Shown: positions 1-12,070, counted from the first letter of the stretch. The stretch: 64,000 bases of DNA from Octopus vulgaris (GCA_951406725.2 OX597820.1:19468001-19532000); one strand, 5' to 3'. Translations and numbers: made by a program. Notes: generated by a model from the letters alone, not told the origin.

Positions 1-700
1 GGCCAGATATGGCCAGTTAAAATGCTTAAGAGCTTGCGTGTTAAGTTTCTGAATTACTCTTAAAGACGCATGGAAGTTGTTCAACATCTGCTGTTAGGCT
101 TGGATTCTAACAAAACATTTCATATATTTCTCTCTCTAGTTAAGACTTCATATTTATAGTTCTTTCATATGGATATAACTTGGTTAATTAACAGGTTTTG
201 GTTTCAGAGTACCATTCACGGTTCTTTCATTGATTAGTTATTTTAGGATTAATTGAAAAGCACATTCAAACTCTAAGCAAGCTTAATTTTTAGACTTATG
301 TATATATTTATACACACACACACACACACAAGCACATTTTATGTTTTTGTTTAAAATTCCTAAAGCTATATGCAGAACTATATTTTGCCATATTTGTCAT
401 ATTCAATATACCATAAATAATTTTATTTATTTATCGTTACCTTATAAATATAGAATTTCTTTTCAGTTCTTCAAAATATTTTAAATGTAACTTCGAGCTT
501 TACTTAGATTAATTACATCTACACAAAGTTCCAGGAAATATCTTTGAAGTTAGGTTTTCACCTTTCTCTTTACATTTTACATAAAGAAAGTGTGTAGTTA
601 TAATTCCCAAAACAAGCAAAATGTGTTTGAATAGTGTAAGAATTCAAAGTAATATGTTTTATTAAACCTTTAAAACTTTGTTTGTTTAGGAGCTATGCTT

Positions 701-927
701 TTAAGTTTTAGCATTCAAATTACTTTATCAAATGTAATTCTTATTCATTCACATTGTTGTAAATTAATTACGCGTTATCTCATAGCTTCAAGATTTTGAT
801 GATGTGATTGCTTAGTTTTAGAAGGACATTGCAGGGTGGGTGTGAGCAGTTGGATCTGGCTAGCGTCACCATATAACAGGGAAAATATCTGGGCCGGATA
901 TGGCTGGTTTCAATGCTAAACAGTTAA
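701..927. mobile_element. piggyBac-type MITE, family P1 (decayed copy)
   Basis: TTAA at both ends; body matches the other P1 copies (4275-4503, 43401-43630, 46906-47128). Confidence 0.7.
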
Positions 928-1121
928 GCATACAGAATTTTTTAGTTGAGTTAACATGGTTGCATCCAGTGTAGTTTACCAGGGTTCTACTATGGTTAAA
1001 AATGGCTCATTGTATCATCCCTTGGGAGAGCTAAAGAGCAAATGTTATGGCCCTTTCCAGTTCTGTTGATATAGTATAATTTAATCTGTATGTAAACTAT
1101 TTTTATATGTAATTAAGAAGG

Positions 1122-1502
1122 TTCAGGTGTAGTTCTGTAGTTAAGAAGCTTGCCTAGCGACCATGTTGTCGCCTGTTCAGTTCCATTGCATGGCACCTTG
1201 TGCAAATGTCTTGTGCTAGAGCCCCAGGTATCCAAAGCCTTGTGAGTGGATTTTGTTTAAAAGAAACCAAAAGAAGCTCATTATGTGTGTGTGTGTGTGT
1301 TTACTCTTGAGCATCGTCAGCATACAAACAAGATTGTTCGTTTCCAGTCTTTTGTGAAAAGCTTGTCTAACCATGGAAATATTACCTAACTTGGAATTGG
1401 ATGAGGGTTAGTGACAGGAAGAGCATCCAACTGTAATTTGTCTCAACAAATTCTGTCTGCCCCATGCAAATATATTAAGATGAATGAATGAGTGATGATG
1501 GA
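1122..1502 (+). mobile_element. tRNA-derived SINE: family A head with (GAT)n-type tail (old copy)
   Basis: Head GTAGTTAAGAAGCTTG...GTTCAGTTCC like family A; 3' part AGGAAGAGCATCCAACTGTA...GATGATG like family C. Confidence 0.65.
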
Positions 1503-1599
1503 ATAACTTTATTTATTCATTTACTATTACTACTACACATTCTCTAGTGTCTGTATAAAATAGATTATAGCTTATAAATCATGTCTCTAAAGTAGCACA

Positions 1600-1961
1600 T
1601 TATGCTCTGCTAAGGTGGAGGTATTGTTTTCAGTTGCATTTGTTTGTTTGTCCATAGACAAGATATCTCAAGAACTGCTGGATGGATTCGGATGAAACTT
1701 TCAGGGATGTTTGGCCTCGTGACTGGCACGAACCAATTAGATTTGGGGATTGATCCAGTACCAGACAAGGATTCTGGATTATCTTTCATGTTTTTTTTCA
1801 CTTAATTTTTGATAGCGGTTGGCCTCATTTTTAGTATTTTCGTTTCTGAGAGCAGCCGAGTTTAGTTCAGATATTCTCATTTTAAAATTCATCTCTGGCT
1901 AATTGTTGAGAGGATGTTGCTGTTGCCTCGGCGGAGGTTTGTGCTCTCTGAGTGCTCTTGT
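1600..1961 (+). mobile_element. Non-autonomous Helentron-type element (HINE/DINE-1-like)
   Basis: Subterminal inverted repeat CTCTGCTAAGG (5') versus CCTCGGCGGAG (3'), short TTTG microsatellite after the 5' subTIR, 3' hairpin GTGCTC-TCT-GAGTGC, T-rich ends. Confidence 0.7.
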
Positions 1962-2163
1962 TACTATTACCTTTCAAATGGCACTTTAAGACTTAGTTGA
2001 TACCTTGGGTGTGTATAGTTCAATTTAGAATCAGAACTCCTGTTTTCTGTAGCAGGAGACCTAAATTTTAATGAATGTACATAATTTGAAAACATTTAAT
2101 TACAGGTCTTATATTATTTATTTCTTTTCCCTTATAATTTACCTTATTTTTGCTTTGTTTCAG

Positions 2164-2294
2164 CAGCAGTCAAAATGTGGGCCTGTGCTATTTAAATTTA
2201 AACTTAATAATTCTTCAAAATCAAGAAATCAACTCTTAAATTGGATTTTACCTGAGTGTGTCTGCGTTTTGCGGAGGGCTCTGGCAACATAGTG
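2164..2294 (+). other. Candidate non-coding/UTR exon
   Basis: Long pyrimidine tract plus CAGCAGCAG acceptor (2161-2169) and G|GTAAGT donor at 2294/2295; stop codons in all three frames. Confidence 0.35.
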
Positions 2295-2314
2295 GTAAGT
2301 CTATTATTATTATT

Positions 2315-2633
2315 CTATCAAGGTCAATGTAATCAACTACCCTTCCCCCAAAAATTTCAGGCCATATACCTGTAGTGGAAAGGATGATTATTGTTTTTAG
2401 TAGTAGTACTAAGGAGGTGGAGGGCTGGCAGAATTGTTAGCACACCAGGCGAGATGTCTAGCAACATTTTTGCCTGTTTTCATATGTAGCTGAGTTCAAA
2501 TCCTGCCATGGTCGACTTTGTCTTTTATCCTTTCGAGGTTGATAAATTAAGTACCAGTTGCATACTGGGACTGATCTGATCGACTGACCCCCTCCACCAA
2601 AATTTTGGGCCTTGTGCCTGGAGTAGAAAAGAC

Positions 2634-2665
<32 letters not shown>
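2315..2665 (+). mobile_element. Tandem family B SINE copies with (ATT)n tails
   Basis: CTGGCAGAATTGTTAGCAC head, GAGTTCAAATCC B box, TTTTATCCTTTCGAGGTTGATAAATTAAGTACCAG central domain. Confidence 0.75.
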
Positions 2666-2666
<1 letters not shown>

Positions 2667-3641
2667 GAATGCTTACGTTTTGAAGGCAAGGCCAAGAAGT
2701 AAACTAGATCCTTGTGGGCTAAATTAGAGTTCTCCTTTCAGAGATGGCTCTATTTGCTTCCATGAAGGGATTCTTAACTCTGCTTGCCTTGAAACTCAGT
2801 CAAAAAAACAAACCTCTATCTTAATTTGGTTGTTGCAAAGCACTTATTATTTATACTGTATTCAAACAAGAAATAGTTTGGAGGAATATTTCGGCATATA
2901 TTTCGCTCAGCTTTAAATTTTAAGTTTAACCATATAAAAAAAAAATTTAATGAAGCGTAATTACATAATAATAATAATTACAATATTATTTTGCTTTGGT
3001 TTTGTTTTACTCTGAGGCAATGAGAATAAACAGTATAATTTGAAATTAATTTTATTTTTGATATATATTGTTGTTGTTATGATTGTTGTTGTTGTCGGTG
3101 TTACTATTACTACTACTACTACAATATTTTACGTAAAAGAAAATTGTGCTAAATGAATACATAGATTCTGTAACCATTCGCATATCTTTTATTACTATGT
3201 CACGATTGCAGAAGAAAAAAATATGTCAAGTTTTCCTGTAACGAACTCTTTTTAGTCATAAAAGAATATGTAACCTTTTACTAAAACTCATAAAGGGTTA
3301 AAAGTTAGAATTTGTTTTTGGTATCTTTATTTTTTTTAATTGCTGTAAATGACTGTTAGATCTAGATGGTAACCTTTGGAGGTATGAAATATCAGTTTGT
3401 AAGACTTACAAATAATTTGTGCCTCTAAGTACCCCTTTCATCAATAACTCCATTGTGTTTATCAGTATATATATATACATATATTTTTTAATAATATATT
3501 ATTATTAATAAATAAAATCAATATCCAAACTCATCATAACGATATACCCATGTGAAAGACATTATTGTATTAAAAATATGTATAAATATAATGTATAAAA
3601 TAAATTTGATAATTTTAAAATTTTGAATTAATTATTTAAGC

Positions 3642-3731
3642 ATCTTACGATTGTTTCGCAGAAGAATTGTCCCTATAATGAAATCCTATATTGATAAGCA
3701 TTTATAGACAACCCTTCTGCTCTTCAGAGAT
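3642..3731 (-). ncRNA. Minimal type I hammerhead ribozyme with intact canonical core, inside a (TA)n-flanked AT-rich element (~3466-3800)
   Basis: Minus strand: AUCU-CUGAAGA-GCAGAAG...CUUCUGC-GAAA-C-AAUC-G-UA|AGAU. Stem I 4-5 bp, stem II 7 bp perfect plus extension, short stem III, GUA triplet. Confidence 0.8.
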
Positions 3732-3790
3732 ATAAAATATGAATATTGTATAATATATCGAATGATAATTTAAAAAAAAATTTGAAGTAA

Positions 3791-3836
<46 letters not shown>

Positions 3837-3842
3837 TCCGTA

Positions 3843-4063
3843 AGGCGATGAGCTGGCAGAACTGTTAGCATGCAGGAAGAAATGCTTATCAGCATTTTAT
3901 CCCTCTTTACGTTCTGAGTTCAAATCCCGCCGAGGTTGGCTTTGCCTTTCATCCTTTCAGGGGTGATAAAACAAGTACCAGTTGAGCTCTGGGGTTTTAA
4001 TTTAATGAACTATCCCCGTCCCCTTCAAAATTTCATGTCTTGTGCCTATAGTAGAAAGGAATA
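3843..4063 (+). mobile_element. tRNA-derived SINE family B
   Basis: GAGCTGGCAGAA head, GAGTTCAAATCC B box, GCCTTTCATCCTTTC...AAGTACCAG central domain (resembles the Meta/MESC SINE domain, from memory). Confidence 0.8.
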
Positions 4064-4274
4064 GATGTATCACCCTGAAAAGAAAATGCGTTCTCCAGAG
4101 GTGAAGTACAACGTTCATGTTCTGAGCTGCCAAAATGGATTAAAAATGAATATGTACATCATTTTAATTATTTGTTGTTCTACATTTTAATTAATTATCT
4201 ACTTGGCAGACATCAGCATACTTCTGTAAATATTTTGTTTAGTGAATTCTCTGAACAAGAACAACCCCTCTTTT

Positions 4275-4503
4275 TTAACCCTTTGAGCATTTGGATTTCT
4301 TTGTCAACTCTATTGCTTAGTTATTCACATTGTTTTGAATTAATCACATATTATTTTGTGGCTTCAAGAGTTCAATGGTGTGTTCGTATACTTTTACAAT
4401 GACATTGTAGTTTAGGTGTGAGAAGTTGGATCTAGTCAGTTTTGACATATAACTGGTAGAATATTTGGGCCAGATATGGCTGGGTTAAATGCTGAAGGAT
4501 TAA
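4275..4503. mobile_element. piggyBac-type MITE P1
   Basis: TTAA-CCCTTT...AAGGA-TTAA termini. Confidence 0.75.
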
Positions 4504-5703
4504 ATACATTAATCTGAGGGAAACTTTCACTGAAGAGATACAACCAAGTCGAAACAGCAGTGTCTCATAGTCCTCTTTCTGAAAGCAGTTTTTCTCTTAA
4601 GGCAAAACACAACAGCAATTAACATATTCACATTTTTGTCGCAACCTATCTTTGAATTTCATACATACACAAACATTGAAAGTTACTGCTTAGCTCACTT
4701 ATTTTATTTTCTTTATCAGCTTGTAAAAAAAAAAAAACATGCTTACTTTTGAAGTGTTGTGTTTGTAGAAGGCATAGACTAATTTCTACCAACATAATTA
4801 GCATACATCTATGCAAATAATGTTGGCAGTTTATTATTCTCCGTCAATACAATGTTGATAATAGTAACAGCAGTACTGACCATTGATTTAGACATGTACT
4901 TTATTTGAACAAAGGAAAACTGCCTACAGTTTATTAGCCCTGATCTTTTATTTAGCAGGCAAAATCTAGTGTCACAATGAGGACAGCTGAGTGGAACGCT
5001 TCAGACAGATGCTGTCTGTTGTCTTGTTATTGTTATTGTAGCCATCACCCACCTGGTCCTCTCTGCTTGATATCAGACCAATGCATGCATTCAGATAGCT
5101 TACTGAGTGATTGAGAGTAGAGTATATTGATTCAGTGCAAATAACACGAACTGGCTTCGTCTGGATGCTGTAGATACTATCAGGTTTAACCTGACCTAAA
5201 GTATCGCCTATGGATTATCGCTGGGAAACAAAACAGGATATTTCGAACGTTAATTACATTAAGGTGAAGTTGAGCTATGTTTAAGTGACAGCGCACAATA
5301 TAAAATATTTCAGAAGATATTGAAGAAATAGGGCTGAGGTGGACTACACCGAAGGGCTGGCAACTGGTGTAACGTAAGCAGTGTTTTGGCCAAGTGAGAT
5401 GGTGACAATGTCCAGGGCTTTGCAGACTAAGGTTGATGTGGCTGTTGTTCAAGGGGGGTGGGTAGGAGAGAAAAGTGTCAATAAGACATAAAAAAGGGTA
5501 CCAGGTGCTTGATACAGAAAAGTACCCAAGGAGCCTAATGCAGTGGTGGTGGTGGTGATGGTGGTGGTTATTAAAGAAACTAAAACAGATAATTTACTCT
5601 GTATATTTTGTTTATTGATTTCGTTATTGTCACGATCATGAGAGAGCCAGTTACTTGACCTGCTAAAAGTAGCAGCAAGCATTCTTTCAAATTGGAACAC
5701 GCT

Positions 5704-5912
5704 CTCTTTTACTCTTTTACTTGTTTCAGTCATTTGACTGCGGCCATGCTGGAGCTCCGCCTATAGTCGAGCAAATCGACCCCGGGACTTATTCTTTGTA
5801 AGCCCAGTACTTATTCTATCGGTCTCTTTTGCCGTACTGCTAAGTGACGGGGACATAAACACACCAGCATCGGTTGTCAAGCAATGCTAGGTGGACAAAC
5901 ACAGACACACAA

Positions 5913-5955
<43 letters not shown>

Positions 5956-6126
5956 AAATATACGACAGGCTTCTTTCAGTTTCCGTCTACCAAATTCACT
6001 CACAAGGCATTGGTCGGCCCGGGGCTATAGCAGAAGACACTTGCCCAAGGTGCCACACAGTGGGACCGAACCCGGAACCATGTGGTTGGTTAGCAAGCTG
6101 CTTACCACACAGCCACTCCTGCGCCT
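5704..6126 (-). mobile_element. Full-length young tRNA-derived SINE family A
   Basis: Minus strand GGCGCAGGAGTGGCTGTGTGG (A box), GGTTCGGTCCC (B box), internal (TA/TG)n, (GTAAAAGA)n tail; many near-identical copies in the window. Confidence 0.9.
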
Positions 6127-6166
6127 ATTTATAAAACATATGAAAATCTTTAGTCTATATATAGTA

Positions 6167-6377
6167 CAGGGTGTGGCAGAAATACCTCCCACGTTTTAAA
6201 CTTTCACCTACGTGTTGCTAATGAACTTGTGCAAGTGCCAATGATGTTTTCATTTAGCTAACGAACAAAAACGCTAACCCTTTGTTTAAACAACAGTAAA
6301 ATTAATTTTTCATTAATGTTGTTTATGTTTCCTTTTGTCAACCTTTCAAATGTGGGAAGTATTTCTGCCGCACCCTG
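6167..6377. mobile_element. Tc1/mariner-type MITE
   Basis: TIRs CAGGGTGTGGCAGAAATACCTCCCAC / GTGGGAAGTATTTCTGCCGCACCCTG with TA on both sides. Confidence 0.85.
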
Positions 6378-6879
6378 TATACACACACTGAAATGATGTG
6401 ATCGTAAGTTTTGCTCACTCATGGCTAACCTAGGGTTAAACAATAAACATCCAATTAATTCACTTTTTATGAAGCAAAGTCTATCAGCAATCAGATGTTA
6501 ATGGTGTGTGTGAGTGTAATGTGTGTGTGTATATATGCATTTGTGTATAAGCATGTATGTATGTGTGTGTTTGTGTATATATGCATTTGTAAATAAGCAT
6601 CTATGTATGTGTGTGTATATATGCATTTGTGTATAAGCATGTATGTATGTATGTGTGTGTGTGTACATGTATTGGAAGTGGTGACCCAGTTTAGGTAATT
6701 ATGGGCACCTTGTATATTTTAATAATTACTGGTATCTAACGATGATGATGATGTAAAGCATAATATGCTAGACATGTATGTATATTGTTGTAATTGTCAT
6801 TTTAGTAAATAAATAAATTGACATAATATAATGTCTAAAAGTTGATGAACCACCTATTGATCCCCTCTATTTTCTTATT

Positions 6880-6957
<78 letters not shown>

Positions 6958-7330
6958 TATATGTATATATATGATCTTGCTATTTCAATTTGATGTTGCC
7001 TAATTGTGAAAAACTACTTAAATTAACCCAAAGCTGTGCTAATGATGTCATTTTGGGACATAATGAAACGAGCTCACATGTATTCTCCCCTCTATCAACT
7101 CCCTTTGAGAAAATTCAAGGAAACCGTTTTGGCATGAATAGAGAAAATTACAATGGAATATAAACTTCATTCCCTCTCTTGCTCTCTCTCTCTCCTTCCC
7201 TGTGCGTGTGTTTGTAAAATACTACTATAAACCGTTCTCAATGTAGAGATGACTGTGTTATACTGTGTATTTTTGTCAACGTAGCATAGGACTAGAACAA
7301 CATGTTGATCAATATATATATATATATATA

Positions 7331-7365
7331 TCGACGAACGGGAACGTGAAACTCCGAGTAACAGC
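7331..7365 (+). ncRNA. 5'-truncated minimal hammerhead motif at the start of a (TA)n-embedded element (7331-~7470)
   Basis: (U)CGACGA-ACG-GGAA-CGU-GAAA-CUC-C-GAG-UA|ACAGC; the 5' strand of stem I is replaced by (TA)n. Confidence 0.6.
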
Positions 7366-7762
7366 TTTTGTTATATTTCTGCTGCTTTTAAATAAAGCAT
7401 ATTACTCTACCTCCGGTATTTGAGTACTCTTTTTCCCACCTTGTTTCACATTTATGTGCTTATTCCAGGATATATATATATATGTGTGTGTGTGTTCAGC
7501 TATTGAAATTATACCATACACTTGTCTCTCTGTCCTCCTACCCCTGTGTATGTGTGTGCACACACACACACACCCATCATCATTTTCTTCACTGGTTTCA
7601 TTTGTTGAAATGCTGTGCCATGCTGGAGCACACCTTAAAGGATCTAATCAATTATATTGAACCAAGTACATATTTTCTATTATTGATGATTTCTCTTTGC
7701 TGAAGCATTGTGAAACATAAAAGTTACCAAGATAGACATAGACTGGGACGTTCATGCATAGA

Positions 7763-7814
<52 letters not shown>

Positions 7815-7880
7815 TTTAGTAAAATGAAATAGCATGAAACAATTGTACTACTCTACCTTGGATATCCTTGTTGCTTATTT

Positions 7881-7934
<54 letters not shown>

Positions 7935-7974
7935 TTACATTTGTATGACATATAATACATATATATATATATTC

Positions 7975-8173
7975 ACACAACAAATATACATAGATGTTAT
8001 ATATTCATACAACATATATACATCCATGTATACATTTGTACAACAAATATACATCCATGTATACATTTGTACAACAAATATCCATGTATGCATTTGTACA
8101 ACATATATACATCCATGTATGCATTCGTACATACATACATCCATGTATACATTTGTACATTTATGCATTCATA

Positions 8174-8217
<44 letters not shown>

Positions 8218-8945
8218 TTCACAAACACGTGTGTGAGCTAAAATTCTGCAGTTTCTGTCTATCAAATGTGACTCACAAGGTATCAGCTACTCTCAGTCTA
8301 TAATGGAAGACTAATTTAAGTTTCTGATCTATGGATAGACTTCCAAATAACTCCATTGTGTAAAAAAAAATCCATAACCTGTTTAATTTCACACACACAT
8401 TGTGTGCATGAATGCAAGGATGTATATATGTATGTATGAATGTATACATGCATGTATATATGTTGTGCAAATGTATGGGTGTATGTATATATGTTGTATG
8501 AATGTATACATGTATATATATATGTGTTGTACTAATGTATACATGCATGTATGTGTATTGTACGAATGTATACATTTATGTATATGTTGTGCAAATGTAT
8601 ACATGTATGTATGTTGTACGAGTATATACATGTATGTATATATGTTGTACAAATGTTTGCATGTACATATAATATGTTGTATGAATGTATGCATATACGT
8701 ATGTATGTTGTACGAATGTATACATGTACGAATGTATACATGCATGTGTATATGTTGTATGAATATATACATGTGTTTATATATGTTGTGCAAATGTATA
8801 CATGTATGTATATGTGTTGTGTGCGAATATATACATGTATGTATATGTGTTGTGTGAATGTATACACATATGTATACGTGCTGTACGAATATATGCGTGT
8901 ATGTATATGTGTATGTATACACACACATACAAACATGTATATATG
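7975..8945. repeat. ~30-bp minisatellite present as two oppositely oriented arrays (7975-8165 and 8400-8945)
   Basis: Units ATATACATCCATGTATACATTTGTACAAC versus GTTGTACAAATGTATACATGTATGTATAT. Confidence 0.8.
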
Positions 8946-9310
8946 TTATTAAATCCAATCATGTTGATATATATTTATGTGTATGTATGTATGGGTGTGT
9001 AAAATATACGTGTATTTGTGTGTATTATATATAAATGTATAATATCACCTTACTTTGAGCTGTGCGGATAATACCAGACTGACTTGGTGCTTCAACTTAA
9101 GTACCTAGTTCAAATGAATCTTAATTATTTCTTAAATTTATAATCTATATTTATATAACACCATCGTCATCATTTAATGTCTGTTTTCCATGCTGTCACG
9201 GGTTGGATTGTTTGACAGTTGGCGAACAAGAGAATTGCACTGGGTTCCATTAGGTGTTTGTATGTATGTATGTGAGTGTGTCTATATATGTGGGTGCCCC
9301 TAAAGGGGTC

Positions 9311-9469
9311 CAGCGTGTCCATAAATTACCCTAACGATCTGAAAAATTCAGAAAACAATTTGTTGTGCAGCAGTTGCATCACTTTCAACCATCAACTATT
9401 TTCCAACAAGATGATGCATTTTTCATTGGTGGGGGGGTTTGGGAGTTTGAGTAATTTTTGAGCACCCTG
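9311..9469. mobile_element. Decayed Tc1/mariner-type MITE
   Basis: CAGCGTGTCCATAAATTACCC versus GAGTAATTTTTGAGCACCCTG-TA. Confidence 0.55.
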
Positions 9470-9572
9470 TATATCTATACACATATATTTTTCTTAGCTC
9501 ATTTTGTTTAAATTCTGTAGATTATCTTGGCCGTAAATATGTTCCACTCTTTGTATAAATCCCTTGACTACT

Positions 9573-9652
9573 GGAGACAGGACTTGGCAATTACCATGCT
9601 GATGAGGCCTATCAAGGCAGAAATATGTGTCTACAAGTGTCCTCTTATCTCC
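9573..9652 (+). ncRNA. Decayed minimal hammerhead ribozyme
   Basis: CUGAUGA-G-GCCU-AUCA-AGGC-A-GAAA-UAUGUG-UC; outer pairing GGAGACAGGACUUG / CAAGUGUCCUCUUAUCUCC; proximal stem I poorly paired. Confidence 0.55.
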
Positions 9653-10454
9653 AAACAGTAAACCTTTCTTAATGTCCTGTCTACTTAGGAGAATTGTTTA
9701 ATTTTTGAGATTATTCTCCACTTCTCACATAGAACTTGTTTTAATTACTCTTTGGTAATTATATGTCCACTGGAGACAGAGATAATTTTAATAAATCAAG
9801 AATTTATGCTGTATGGCATTTGATATAATAAGTTTAATTTAAGAAGCAAGATAAACAACTCTGATGGATAGTAGTAGTAGTAGTAGTAGTTATGAAACAC
9901 AAATTCTTCAGTTCCTCATTCTCAGATATCCATAGATTCTGCTGTTATATTTTCACAGCTTGACGAAAAATATGTTTATTAAATATATCATACGCGATTT
10001 CCACATAGATATATATTCAAACAATGCTTTGTTGATGTCTTTGTTAATGAATTCCCGGACATTCACCTTGCACCATGTAAACGACTTTATGTTGCTAATA
10101 GTTTGTTTACATTTTTATTTAAGAAAATATTTTCGTCTAAACTTCTGTAGCTCAGGAATGAGGGGAGCGACTCTAGATAAATTATTAACAAGTACGAGAC
10201 GTATATTAGTAAATTCTTTGCTTTCAACTACCAATGGTTCTTAGATCTAATCAGTTTGTCTTTCCTCAGTTAGACTGTATGTCCATTAAATATGTATATT
10301 GTTTCCATACCCACATATCATGTCAGTGCTTATATATATATATGTGTGTGTATGTGTATCTTGTGTTAAATGAAGAGATGAGGATGAGTTGAAATTCTGT
10401 AAATAATAATATAAGGTTGTTTGTATGTGTTCACCATATAATGGTTATAGAGAA

Positions 10455-10541
10455 TAGTCTAATATTGGAGCATATAAGCTCTTGACGCACGCTAATACCC
10501 ATTTTTTCCATTGCGGGCTTATGCGTCCCAATATTAGACCA
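10455..10541. repeat. Short inverted-repeat (MITE-like) element
   Basis: GTCTAATATTGGAGCATATAAGCTC versus GGGCTTATGCGTCCCAATATTAGAC, next to (TA)n. Confidence 0.55.
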
Positions 10542-10559
10542 TATATATATATATATAAA

Positions 10560-10728
10560 AGCGCCCACTACACTCTCGGAGTGGTTGGCATTAGGAAGGG
10601 CATCCAGCTGTAGAAACTCAGCCAGATCAGATTGGAGCCTGGTGCAGCCATCTGGTTTGCCAGGCTTCAGTCAAATCGTCCAACCCATGTTAGCATGGAA
10701 AGCGGACGTTAAACAATGATGATGATGA
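10560..10728 (+). mobile_element. Family C retroposon 3' end with (GAT)n tail
   Basis: GGCATTAGGAAGGGCATCCAGCTGTAGAAAC...GCATGGAAAGCGGACGTTAAAC(GAT)n; homologous copies at ~21.0, 25.5, 35.4, 43.0 and 54.7 kb. Confidence 0.8.
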
Positions 10729-10933
10729 TATACATACACACAGTGGACATTTATAAGTAAGCTCATTCTTATTATTATTACAGAAGATCTATAGTTAAAA
10801 TTATAATTATATTCTGGTATAAACCTTGTATGTTGTGTTAAACATGTCTTACAGTCATTGGCTACCTGATGTCAACATCAGTAGTGATGCATATTCTACT
10901 GGATTTACTTCTGAAAAAATATATATATATATA

Positions 10934-11225
10934 TATCTGTAAATATGATATGTGATAATTATTCAGTAGCCATGATAAAACTCCGAGTTTTGGATGTCGG
11001 GGTGGAAATCCACGCTGCCATCTCTTCAGTTATCCGGCCATTGGAAAGAATGTTATAGATTAACTGAAGAGATCGTGGCGTGGGTTTCCGCCTCGACATA
11101 CAAAACTCAGCGTTTTATCATGGCTACCAAATAATTGTCACATATTATATTTACAGATAAATTCCTCTATTTACATAATATCGAGGTCTCTTTCATTCTT
11201 TTGTTGTCTTACCATTTTTATCAAT
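10934..11225. mobile_element. Fold-back element with a hammerhead-like motif in each arm (Penelope pLTR/retrozyme-like)
   Basis: Arms 10934-11032 and 11061-11159 are reverse complements. Minus strand of the left arm: GAUAA-CUGAAGA-GAUG...CAUC-C-AAAA-CUCGGAG-UU|UUAUC. Flanked by (TA)n. Confidence 0.7.
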
Positions 11226-12070
11226 ATATATATATATATATATATATAAACATGTATACATATATATCTGTATGTGTGTGTGATCATCACCATTGTTAAA
11301 CATTTATTTTCCAAGCTGGTATGGGTTGGATAATTTAACAGGACTACACCAGTCTTCAGTATCAGCTTTGGCATGGCTTCTTTGGCTGGATGTGCTTCCT
11401 AATGAAGCAGTCAGTACCCTCCTTGACAGAGGGTACTAACTGCTTCTTATGTGTGTGTGTGCATGTGTGGTTTTTTGTGTGTATTTAAAATTGGCAATAA
11501 TTTTATATTCCAAAGACATAAACAATATAACAGATGTTGTTTCTGTTGAGAATAATGCTTGCTCTTTTTTGATAATATAATAATCTTAACTGCGTGTATA
11601 TAAACACAAGAGCGTGTGTGTTTGTGCTATTAACATGTTATATACTTTTTGTTATATCTTTTTTGATTTTTGTAGTAAGTCGTAAAATAAAGTTGTAAAT
11701 TGGAAAAGTCATTAGAGCACTGGATAGAATGGCTCCATGTGCTCCAAGTTCAAATCTCACTGAGGTCGACTTTGCCTTTTCACCTTTTTGGTACCAACCT
11801 TGGGCATTGGATTGGCTGAACTGTTAGAGGATCTGGATAGATGTCTTGTGGTATTTGATCCAGCTTTCTGCATTCTGCAGGCAAAAAACTGCAAAAAACA
11901 TTGAAACTAAATTGTAATCAGTGACTGACTTTTCTTTAAATAAACATCAGTGTTATGAAGAAAGGTAAGATCTGTATGCATGGGCAGCTACCAATCTTCT
12001 TCAACAAAATTTTGTCCGGGTCCCCTACATAATATGCAGATGCATAGTCAATTTTGACTGACAAAGTCCC

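Noticed and set aside
4520-4580. CTGAAGA...GTCGAAACAGCAGT hammerhead-like string
   Set aside because: Stem II is only ~3 bp, and there is no stem I complement or valid cleavage triplet; at best a heavily decayed relic.
5205-5380. Possible short coding exons (MDYRWETKQ..., EDIEEIGLRW...)
   Set aside because: Weak splice sites, early stops and no recognisable homology.
5874-6199. Recurrent ORFs of the RRHLPKVPRSGTEPGTMW type
   Set aside because: Antisense reading of SINE family A; they recur wherever the SINE does.
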